Under the pieces are notes generated by a model. That model worked only from the letters and a program-made list of their open reading frames with translations. It did no database searches and was not told the origin of the DNA. Positions 1-7,654 of a stretch of 48,803 nucleotides of DNA are shown here, in pieces. The stretch lies in the NCBI GenBank assembly GCA_964428885.1, contig CAYRZP010000001.1, positions 1-48,803 on the forward strand, written 5' to 3'. The stretch is from an uncultured Lentisphaeraceae bacterium (GTDB lineage: Bacteria; Verrucomicrobiota; Kiritimatiellia; RFP12; UBA1067). The number at the start of each line of letters is the position of its first letter. Within the stretch, counting starts at the first letter, position 1. A program made the translations under genes and the position numbers.

Positions 1-96
1 GGTATTTTGCCAGAAAACCTTTCACTAGGAGAACAGCCTTCTCATCTTACCTAATATAGTCAGCGCCGCTGTCTGGCATCGCTGGGCGCGGACGGT

Positions 97-2370
97 TTAA
101 CGGCTGTCCGCGATCAGGGCGGTGCAGGTTCCTGGCTCGGCGGTGAGGATCATGACCGGGCCGCCGTGCTCCGTCAGTAGCGCGAAGGTCAGATGCAGGG
201 CGGCGGTGGCGCCCTGGACGTCACCGCAGAGGGTTTCGGGCAGATGCAGTGCGGCGGCAGGGTAACGGTCTGCGGCGGCGCGCGCGGCGGCGTTGGCGTA
301 GACAGCGGCGAGCGTGTCGGGGCCGAGACCGGCTTGCGCGAGGGCGGCATCGGCCGCGGCCTCGGGCGTGGCGGCCAGGCGGCAGGCTAGCAGCCGTCCT
401 AACGGTTTCACCCCGCGCTCGGCGGCCGAGGCTTCGCTCTCCAGAATCAGCACCGCGGCGGCTTCACCGCACGGAGAGTCCGAGCCCTCCGAGCCGCGCG
501 CGCGCAGGCGTGCGGCGGAAAGCGCCTCGGCCCCGCCCGCCGCGATCAGCCCGGCGCGCCCGGCGCGGATCAGGTCGAAGGCCTCGGTCAGCGCGACGCC
601 GGCGGCGGTCTGGAAGCCGGACGCGTTCTCGTGAGCGCCTTTCAGCGACCACTCGATCGCAGCCAGACTGACGGCGGTGTTGGGATAGGCGTGCGGGAAC
701 AGGAAGGGCTTGACCAGCCGCGGCCCTTTCAGAATGTAGTCGGCGAAAAAGCTCTCGGCCGTGTCCGCGCAGCCCCAGGCGGTGCCGCACATGACTCCCG
801 CGTCCAGTTGCGCCAGCCGGGCCGCGTCAAGCCCTGACTGCCGGAAAGCCATGCCGCAGGCGGCCAGGAAAAGCGCGCTGTTCCGGTCCAGATAAGCTTT
901 TGGCGCAACGCCGCAGGCCGCGAGATCCGGGTCGGGGGCTTCGCCGGCCAAGGGCGGCTCCGGGCGCTCGGGCAATTCGAAACGCGCGAGCGGGAACAGC
1001 GCGGGCTCGCCCTCCTTCAGCGTGGCGGCGTGCTCGGCCGCGTCCGCGCCCAGGGCGCTGGTGACACCTAGGCCGGTGATGAGGACGGGGGGGAGAAGTT
1101 CTAAAGTTCTAAAGTGCGGAAGTTCTAAAGTTATGCGTGCGGGTACGCGAGACAGGACGAGCGCGGCGTTGCAGCCGCCGAAGCCGGCCGAGTTGGAGAG
1201 CACGCAGGCGAGGGGCGTCGCGCGGGGCGCGGCGACGATGTCGAGGGCGCATTCGGGATCCGGGTTGTCCAGGTTGCCGGTGGGCGGGATGACGCCGCGC
1301 TGGAGCGAGAGCGCCGAGACCACGGCCTCGACCGCGCCGGCCGCGCCGAGCATGTGGCCGAGCAGGCCCTTGACGGAGGTCACCGGTATGGCGGCGGCGC
1401 GGTCGCCGAAAAGATCCTGGATCGCCTGTGTCTCGGTCGCGTCGTTAGGCTTGGTGCCGGTGCCGTGCGCGTTGATGTGGTCGACGTCGGCAGGCTGGAG
1501 GCCGGCGCGCTCCAAGGCGCGGCGCATGACGTACTCAGAGCCGGCGCCGCGCGGCGCCGGCGCGGTCATGTGGTGGCCGGTGTTGCCGCTGGCCCAGCCG
1601 CTCAGCGCGGCGCACGGCACAGCCCCGCGCGCGGCGCAAAGGTCGGCGCGTTCCAGCAGCAGGGCGGCCGCGCCTTCGCTGAAGATCGTGCCGCTGCGGT
1701 TAAGGTCGAAAGGCCGCACCTGCTCGCGTGACATGGTGCGGAGCGAGCACAGGCCGCTCCAGGCGAAGCGCGAGATGGCGTCGTAGCCGACCAGCAGGAC
1801 GCGGCCGACGTGTCCGGCGGCGATCAGGTTGGCGGCGGTGGCGGCGGCAGAGGCGCCGGAGGCGCAGGAGAGCGAAAGCGGCAGTCGCGGCCCTCCTAGG
1901 CCGAAGGCCGCGGCGATGGCGGCGGCGTGGGCGGCGTGGGCGCAGTGGACCGCGGCGGAGGCGTCGAAGCCGGGCTGCCCGCACGGGGTCAGCGCCGCCT
2001 CCGCCGCGCCGATGCCGGCAAAATTCGAGGCCGTGATCAGGGCGGTCGCTTCCAGAGCGGCGGGGTCTTCCAGCAGTCCGGCCTGCAGCAGCGCCTCGCG
2101 GCAGGCGGCGGCGGCGAAGCCGGAGGCGCGCGGGGCGCGCTCGAAGCCCGGCGGCGGCGTGAAGCCGCGGATCACCCCCGCCCGTGTGCAGGCGATGCCG
2201 CCGAGGTCGAAAAGGTTCATATCGGATATAGCAGAGACGCCGTCCAGCAGCGATTGCCACAGCGTCTCCACGCCAGATCCGTAAGGAGTCACCGCGCCCA
2301 TGCCGGTGATCACGACCGCCTGATTAGCGCATTCGGAACTCACATTCACTTGACAACAAGCATACAACAT
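97..2370 (-). CDS. Fused beta-ketoacyl-ACP synthase (catalytic KS) + chain-length-factor-like non-catalytic KS domain
   Basis: 757-aa ORF. The N-half has VVITGMGAVTPYG, an active-site Cys in LSCASGASA, His motifs NAHGTGT and GLLGHMLGAAG, and GFGGCNAALVL. The C-half restarts with VLITGLGVTSALG but has ASGFQTAAG where the Cys is expected. The exact start is uncertain. Confidence 0.8.
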   Translation of the reverse strand: MLYACCQVNVSSECANQAVVITGMGAVTPYGSGVETLWQSLLDGVSAISDMNLFDLGGIACTRAGVIRGFTPPPGFERAPRASGFAAAACREALLQAGLLEDPAALEATALITASNFAGIGAAEAALTPCGQPGFDASAAVHCAHAAHAAAIAAAFGLGGPRLPLSLSCASGASAAATAANLIAAGHVGRVLLVGYDAISRFAWSGLCSLRTMSREQVRPFDLNRSGTIFSEGAAALLLERADLCAARGAVPCAALSGWASGNTGHHMTAPAPRGAGSEYVMRRALERAGLQPADVDHINAHGTGTKPNDATETQAIQDLFGDRAAAIPVTSVKGLLGHMLGAAGAVEAVVSALSLQRGVIPPTGNLDNPDPECALDIVAAPRATPLACVLSNSAGFGGCNAALVLSRVPARITLELPHFRTLELLPPVLITGLGVTSALGADAAEHAATLKEGEPALFPLARFELPERPEPPLAGEAPDPDLAACGVAPKAYLDRNSALFLAACGMAFRQSGLDAARLAQLDAGVMCGTAWGCADTAESFFADYILKGPRLVKPFLFPHAYPNTAVSLAAIEWSLKGAHENASGFQTAAGVALTEAFDLIRAGRAGLIAAGGAEALSAARLRARGSEGSDSPCGEAAAVLILESEASAAERGVKPLGRLLACRLAATPEAAADAALAQAGLGPDTLAAVYANAAARAAADRYPAAALHLPETLCGDVQGATAALHLTFALLTEHGGPVMILTAEPGTCTALIADSR
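1098..1132. repeat. Three copies of the 8-mer GTTCTAAA (two in tandem, a third after an 8-nt spacer) forming a low-GC block inside the KS-CLF ORF
   Basis: Read directly: GTTCTAAA at 1098-1105, 1106-1113 and 1122-1129. On the minus strand it encodes ..ITLELPHFRTLELL.. exactly at the junction of the two KS halves. Confidence 0.9.
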
Positions 2371-2394
2371 TCCGGCAGATCTGCAACCTGATTC

Positions 2395-3243
2395 CTAGCC
2401 CAACTTCTGGCATTGGTTCAAGAAAAACTCGCGTGACCAGAGATCAAGAGAACACAGTTCCGAGGGCCTGACAAATCGGCGGACATCTTCACGCGCCTGT
2501 TGCCAATCCATTGCCTCGATCACGGCTTGCAACTGTTCGATGCCCCAAGCGTTATCCGTTACGATATGTTGGCCTTTCCAGGGGCCAGTCTGTTCAAGAG
2601 AGGCGCTTAACAAAGCGTGGTTCACGGAAGTTTTACGCGACGTGTACCAAACAAAGTCATACCAGTCGCGTCCTTTAAGGTAGGTGCGGCACAGCAAAGC
2701 GTGAATCTTGCCTGCAAAAAGGCTGGGCAGATCAAAGGTGCGGACAGCGGAGGGGAAAGGGAAGTCCAGGACAGGCATGACGTAAGAGGCGCCTGGCGGC
2801 GGATGGGTGTCCACTTCCACTTTGATGCGCAGTTTTCGCATGGGGCCAGCTTTTAGCGCATAGTTGAGGCGGAGCAAATGGCCGAGAGAATCGTCTTTCA
2901 AAAACGCTTTCTTGACGCCCTGCCCTGCCTTTGACCGGTCATCAATCTCTAATTCGTATCCGTAGGCCACGAGTTCACGCTGAACACTCTCGAGATATGG
3001 CGCGAGAGCGAACGTTTCTTTGCTTTTGCAGAGGGCGAAGTCCAAGTCCTCCGAGAAGCGGTTGAGACTGTGAAAGATGCGCAGACAGGTTCTTCCCTGA
3101 AACCCGGCGTGCTCAAAGAAGTTTGTCCGGCCCAGGGCGGCTAGGACAATTTCCTGGGTGATTTCGCGCAGAGCCTGCTCTTCTTCTAGGGAGGAACGGC
3201 AGTTATAGGTTTCCAGTTTTTCCTGAACGATTTTGACACTCAT
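2395..3243 (-). CDS. abiEii: AbiEii/AbiGii-family nucleotidyltransferase toxin (type IV TA / abortive infection)
   Basis: 282 aa. Has the NTase motif GRTCLRIF..RFSEDLDFAL and the downstream KIHALLCR..KGRDWYDFVWY signature typical of DUF1814/AbiEii. A 4-nt ATGA overlap joins it to the upstream gene. G+C is lower than the flanks. Confidence 0.85.
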   Translation of the reverse strand: MSVKIVQEKLETYNCRSSLEEEQALREITQEIVLAALGRTNFFEHAGFQGRTCLRIFHSLNRFSEDLDFALCKSKETFALAPYLESVQRELVAYGYELEIDDRSKAGQGVKKAFLKDDSLGHLLRLNYALKAGPMRKLRIKVEVDTHPPPGASYVMPVLDFPFPSAVRTFDLPSLFAGKIHALLCRTYLKGRDWYDFVWYTSRKTSVNHALLSASLEQTGPWKGQHIVTDNAWGIEQLQAVIEAMDWQQAREDVRRFVRPSELCSLDLWSREFFLNQCQKLG

Positions 3244-3878
3244 AGTCCCAAGTCCTTTCTGAAGCCAAGCAAGAAACGCTGTACGTGGCTGCTCCGGTAT
3301 TGATGCAACAGAGGTTCGAAGGAAGAGGCGTCAAGTTCCGCCAAAGCATGCTCGTCGACGCGGAGAGATTCGCGTACCGGGGAGGCAGAGTCCCAGAGGC
3401 AGTTATGGGCATAGACATAGTCGGACAACGCTTTGAGTGGATCCGCCATCAGGAAGCTCCCGCCGTCTTCTGTCACGAACCGGCTGACGCCGCTGTAGAA
3501 GCGGTACTGTGGCACGCGCGTATAACTGAACACGCCAAGGGGGGTCTCGAATGTGCGCGAGCGTTCCAGCGATGCACTGGTAACCGTGTAGACGCCCTCG
3601 GGAATCCAGCCGTGGTAGGATAAGGCGGATTCCAGGCTGATGTAACTCGGTCCCTGAATGCGCTGCGCCAGTTCGAGAGGATTGATGCGGGCACCTAAAA
3701 AACGTGTGTCCAGACAGTAGAGCCCCCGGACAATCCGCAAGATCTCTCCGTTGCCGACGGCTCGTTTGAGGAGGGCGTTTAAACGTGCTCCGCCCGCGTT
3801 AATCCAACAGGCCGCCTCCTGCCTGGTGAAAACGCCGCGGACTGCCCGTCCGAGCGCGAGTTCAGTCATGGTCTGCAT
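3240..3878 (-). CDS. abiEi: AbiEi-family antitoxin / transcriptional autoregulator
   Basis: About 212 aa. The N-terminus is wHTH-like (RGVFTRQEAACWINAGGARLNALLKRAV..GEILRIVRGLYCL) and the C-terminal domain is COG5340-like. It is translationally coupled to abiEii. The ORF-track start at 3884 is TTG; ATG at 3878 or 3869 is more likely. Confidence 0.8.
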   Translation of the reverse strand: MQTMTELALGRAVRGVFTRQEAACWINAGGARLNALLKRAVGNGEILRIVRGLYCLDTRFLGARINPLELAQRIQGPSYISLESALSYHGWIPEGVYTVTSASLERSRTFETPLGVFSYTRVPQYRFYSGVSRFVTEDGGSFLMADPLKALSDYVYAHNCLWDSASPVRESLRVDEHALAELDASSFEPLLHQYRSSHVQRFLLGFRKDLGL

Positions 3879-3889
3879 GTGCAAGATAA

Positions 3890-3904
3890 TGTCATAATAT
3901 GACA
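3890..3904. promoter_or_regulatory. Perfect palindrome TGTCATA-A-TATGACA, candidate AbiEi operator
   Basis: Read directly, 12 nt upstream of the ATG at 3878 in an AT-rich stretch. On the minus strand it contains a -10-like TATTAT. AbiEi proteins are known to autorepress through inverted repeats in their promoters. Confidence 0.4.
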
Positions 3905-4080
3905 GTTAAGAACAAGGATAAAATTATGGGTAAATTCACGCTGGGCGTGGTTGCAAAAGTAGAATCGCGCCCCCATGCGCCCTCTGGGCGCCTGGCGGAT
4001 TGACTTAAGTAGCGCCGGAGGACTATGATCCTTTCCTTTTCAGGTCAGAAAACCACGACTATCAAGTACGGAGATGAAGC

Positions 4081-4968
4081 GTGACGAAAGGTCTGTCGAC
4101 TGTGCTGGTGTTGGCGGCGGGTGCTGCGCTGGCTGCGGGCGTTGAGGGTGTGCTCGACGCTCAGGTGTTGGCCACGGGCAGCGGCCGGGTGCTCCTGCTG
4201 TCCAAGCGGGGCGAGGTGGTCTGGGAGCACAAAGCCGACAACCCGCACGACGCCTGGATGCTGCCGAACGGCAACGTGTTGTACGCGGACGGGAACGTCT
4301 TTGAGGTGACGCGCGACCACCGCGTGGTTTTTTCATACCGTCCGGAGATTCAGGAAGGCGGCGGCGCTTACGCGTGTCAGCGGCTGGCGAACGGCAACAC
4401 GGTGATTGGCGAGAACGCGTCCGGCCGCGTGGTCGAGGTGGACAAAGACGGAAAGAGCGTGGCAGCCTTTCAAACGCGCTTCTTGAACACGGACAAGCAC
4501 CACCGCATGCGGATGGTTCGCAAACTCGCGAACGGCAATTATCTGGTGTGTCATTCGAAGGACAATCTGGTGCGCGAATACAAGCCGGACGGAGCGACGG
4601 CGTGGGAGCAGAAGACGAAAGCGCTGGCCTTTGCGGCGGTGCGGCTGGCGAACGGCAACACGCTGATTTCCTCGCTCGACCAGATCACAGAGTACGCGGC
4701 TGACGGACGCGAGGTGTGGGAGTTCAAGAAAACAGATTTGCCGAACGTGCACATCCAGAACATCACCGGTATCCACGCGCTGCCGAACGGCAACATTCTG
4801 GCTGGCTGCTATTCAGCCTACACGAAGGACGGCGCCGGCACGGGCATGTTCGAGATCACGCGAGAGAAGCAACTGGTCTGGCGCTACGTCAGCCCCTCTC
4901 TCCGTGACAAGAGCATGATGGCGGTGCAGAAGTGCGCGGACAGTGCCGGGCCGCCGCCTGCCCGGTGA
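4081..4968 (+). CDS. Secreted beta-propeller repeat protein (recurring L[AP]NGN blades)
   Basis: GTG start preceded by GGAG. The N-terminus is signal-peptide-like (LSTVLVLAAGAALAAG). At least five repeats are present: LPNGNVLYAD, LANGNTVIGE, LANGNYLVCH, LANGNTLISS, LPNGNILAGC. Confidence 0.6.
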   Translation: MTKGLSTVLVLAAGAALAAGVEGVLDAQVLATGSGRVLLLSKRGEVVWEHKADNPHDAWMLPNGNVLYADGNVFEVTRDHRVVFSYRPEIQEGGGAYACQRLANGNTVIGENASGRVVEVDKDGKSVAAFQTRFLNTDKHHRMRMVRKLANGNYLVCHSKDNLVREYKPDGATAWEQKTKALAFAAVRLANGNTLISSLDQITEYAADGREVWEFKKTDLPNVHIQNITGIHALPNGNILAGCYSAYTKDGAGTGMFEITREKQLVWRYVSPSLRDKSMMAVQKCADSAGPPPAR

Positions 4969-5056
4969 AAGCGCCGCTGCGAAAAGATTTTGCAATTCTC
5001 GCGTCGCGATGGTTTCTGAAATTTTGCGGGTAAATGCCGCAGCTTAGGAAAAAAGC

Positions 5057-5422
5057 TCAGGCCCCGGCGGCATCCCCGAGACCGCAGACCACCTCGTAGG
5101 GCATTTCCAGCACGGCGATGCAGAGCTTGAAAGGCGCGACGAGCCCGCGCCCTGTGTTTTTAAGCCCTTCTTTGAAAGTGACTTCCGGCAGCGGCGAGAA
5201 AACCATCTGCGTCAGGCCCAGCGGCAGACGCAGGCACTGCGCGCACTGACGCGGCACCTCGACGATGCCCTTGCCGGCCCTGGACAGCCCCGGCGCGCTC
5301 TTTTTGACGGCGGCAACGGTCTGCACGACCGTGACGGGATCGGCGGCGGACACACGCATGGCGGCAGCGCACAGGAGGCACGCCAGCGCGGCTGCCCGGA
5401 TGGTGCTAATGTCCGTAAGCAT
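5057..5422 (-). CDS. Small secreted protein, possibly exosortase-system-associated TIGR04073-like
   Basis: 121 aa from the internal ATG (MLTDISTIRAAALACLLCAAAMRVSA signal peptide). It has two G-x-G..E[VM]P-type segments (AGKGIVEVPRQ, GRGLVAPFK..LEMPYE). The longer 192-aa ORF would overlap fadD. The family call is from memory only. Confidence 0.45.
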   Translation of the reverse strand: MLTDISTIRAAALACLLCAAAMRVSAADPVTVVQTVAAVKKSAPGLSRAGKGIVEVPRQCAQCLRLPLGLTQMVFSPLPEVTFKEGLKNTGRGLVAPFKLCIAVLEMPYEVVCGLGDAAGA

Positions 5423-5426
5423 CGTT

Positions 5427-7118
5427 TTATTCCCGGATATCTTGGGCGGCGGGCTCGTCCAACTGGCCTTGGTAAACGCAGCGCCGGATCTTCTGCACCG
5501 AGGTGCGCTCCAGCGGTTCGCGGCTGACGCGGATCTTGCGCGGGTGCTTGTATTCGGCCAGGTCGCGGCATTCGTGGCGGACGGCCTTGCGGACCATCTC
5601 CTCGACCTCTTCCCACGCGGGCTCCTGGCCGTCACTGGCGGCCTTGACCGCGTCCATGTCCGGCGCCGCGATCGCGCCGACGCGCTCGCCGGGCACGCCG
5701 CCGACCGTGTAGCCCACCACCACGATGTCGGCGATCACGGGCGCGCGCCCGATCACGTTCTCGACCTCCTCGGGATAGATGTTCTTGCCTTCGCGGTTGA
5801 CGATCAGGGCCTTTTTGCGTCCGCGGATGGAGAGGTAGCCTTCGGCGTCGATCGAGGCCAGGTCGCCGGTGCGCAGCCACTCCCCGTCGAAAGCCTCGCG
5901 GGTCGCCTCGGTGTTGTTGTAATAGCCTTTCATCACGACCGGCCCGCGCACCTGCAGCTCGCCCACGCCCTGCTCGTCGGGATCTGCTATGCGCACCTCG
6001 ATGTTCGGCAGCTTCTTGCCGATGGTGCCGACCTTGGACTCGTTGAAATTGGTGGCAGAGACCACCGGCGAGCACTCGGTCAGGCCGTAGCCCTCGACGA
6101 TCGGCACACCGATCCGCCGGAAGCCTTGCAGCACATGGTGCGGGCAGGGCGCGCCGCCCACGAACATGAAGCGCAAACGGCCGCCCAAGCCCTTGAGCAC
6201 CTTTTTGCCGACCAGTTTGCCCAGGCCCAGCTTGAGCAGGAGCTGCGCCGTGCGGTTGTGCTTGAGGCGGTCGTCGATCTTGTCGAAAAGCTTTTCGGCC
6301 AGCAGCGGCACCGCCATCAGCACTGTGGGGCGAAGGGTCTTTATGTCGTCTCCCACCGACCGGAGGCTCTCGACAAAGAACATGCCGCAGCCTTTGGCGA
6401 GCGGGATCACAAAGTTCGCGGTGAATGAGAAAGAGTGGAAGAGCGGCAGGACGATCAGGAAATCGTCGTCGGACGATATCGCTTCGCCCAGCACCTCGAA
6501 ACTGCCCATGGCGTCGCTGCAGAAATTGAGGTGCGTCAGCATCGCGCCCTTGGGCTGGCCGGTGGTGCCGGAGGTGTAGATGACGGAAGCGACGTCATGC
6601 GGCACCGGCACATGTTCCTTATACCATATCAGCGGCTTGTCCCTGATCTGGCCGCGCAGGGTCTCGAGATCATGGCAGGGGCGGCCGGCGATGTCCGCCA
6701 GCGGCTCGGCGCCGCCGTCAACGGTGACGACGAACCGGACGGCGGGCAACTCCGGCATGATCTGTTCCAGCAGGCAGAGGTGGCGGGTGTCGGTGAAGAC
6801 CGCCGCGGCCTGCGAGTCGCGCAGAATGAAGGCGACCTCCTGCGCGCGCAGTTTCGGGTCCAGCGGCACGACCGCCAGGCCCGCGCCGGCGGTGGCCAGA
6901 TAAAGCTCGATCCACTCCGGGCCGTTTTCGAGGATGATGGCGACCTGCTCCTTGCCGGGCGTCAGGCCGAGCGCGCCGCAGGTTTCGGCGATCTGGCTGA
7001 CATCGAGCAGCATCTCCTGATATGTGCGCTGGCGCCAGGTTCCTTCGCGGCAGTAACGCAACGCCACGGCTTTAGGGTGGCTGGCCGCCGCCTCGTCCAA
7101 AAAAGATCTTAAAGTCAT
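5427..7118 (-). CDS. fadD: Long-chain-fatty-acid--CoA ligase (AMP-dependent synthetase)
   Basis: 563 aa. Has the AMP-binding motif YTSGTTGQPKGAMLTH, then GYGLTE and the TGDL..DAEGYL..GRKK motifs. Confidence 0.85.
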   Translation of the reverse strand: MTLRSFLDEAAASHPKAVALRYCREGTWRQRTYQEMLLDVSQIAETCGALGLTPGKEQVAIILENGPEWIELYLATAGAGLAVVPLDPKLRAQEVAFILRDSQAAAVFTDTRHLCLLEQIMPELPAVRFVVTVDGGAEPLADIAGRPCHDLETLRGQIRDKPLIWYKEHVPVPHDVASVIYTSGTTGQPKGAMLTHLNFCSDAMGSFEVLGEAISSDDDFLIVLPLFHSFSFTANFVIPLAKGCGMFFVESLRSVGDDIKTLRPTVLMAVPLLAEKLFDKIDDRLKHNRTAQLLLKLGLGKLVGKKVLKGLGGRLRFMFVGGAPCPHHVLQGFRRIGVPIVEGYGLTECSPVVSATNFNESKVGTIGKKLPNIEVRIADPDEQGVGELQVRGPVVMKGYYNNTEATREAFDGEWLRTGDLASIDAEGYLSIRGRKKALIVNREGKNIYPEEVENVIGRAPVIADIVVVGYTVGGVPGERVGAIAAPDMDAVKAASDGQEPAWEEVEEMVRKAVRHECRDLAEYKHPRKIRVSREPLERTSVQKIRRCVYQGQLDEPAAQDIRE

Positions 7119-7186
7119 AAAAATCCCTGACAGTCAGTAAAACAAAAAACGCCGAGTGTTCCAAGACGGGAATTTTTGATGCGAAT

Positions 7187-7654
7187 TCACTTCGTTGCGT
7201 CGCGCCCGGATTCGCTGCGCAGCTCAACGGTCACCGGGCCGTCGTTCAGCAGGCGCACCTTCATCTCCGCGCCGAAAACGCCGCCGCAGACCTTGCCTTC
7301 GCCCAATATCCGCCGCAGTCCTGCCAGCATGGCCTCGTACAGCGGCTCGGCCTGTTCCGGCCGCGCCGCCTCCACAAAGCTCGGGCGGTTGCCCTTGCGC
7401 GTGTCGGCATAGAGCGTGAACTGCGAGACTACCAGCACAGAGCCGCCGATGTCCGCGACAGAGAGGTTCATCAGCCCCTGCGCGTCTTCAAAGATACGCA
7501 GCGCCGCGAGCTTGCGCGCCAGCCGCTCGACATCGTCAGGCTTGTCGCCGTGCGTGACGCCCAGCAGCGCCAGCAGGCCGGCGCCGATCTCGGCCGTCCG
7601 CCTGCCATCCACCTCCACCGACGCCTCTGCGACGCGCTGCACCAGAAGCTTCAC
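7187..7654 (-). CDS. dtd: D-aminoacyl-tRNA deacylase
   Basis: [24 protein letters not shown], then [17 protein letters not shown]. The GTG start at 7654 forms a GTGA overlap with the stop of the upstream gene. The longer 196-aa ORF is an upstream extension. Confidence 0.9.
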   Translation of the reverse strand: MKLLVQRVAEASVEVDGRRTAEIGAGLLALLGVTHGDKPDDVERLARKLAALRIFEDAQGLMNLSVADIGGSVLVVSQFTLYADTRKGNRPSFVEAARPEQAEPLYEAMLAGLRRILGEGKVCGGVFGAEMKVRLLNDGPVTVELRSESGRDATK

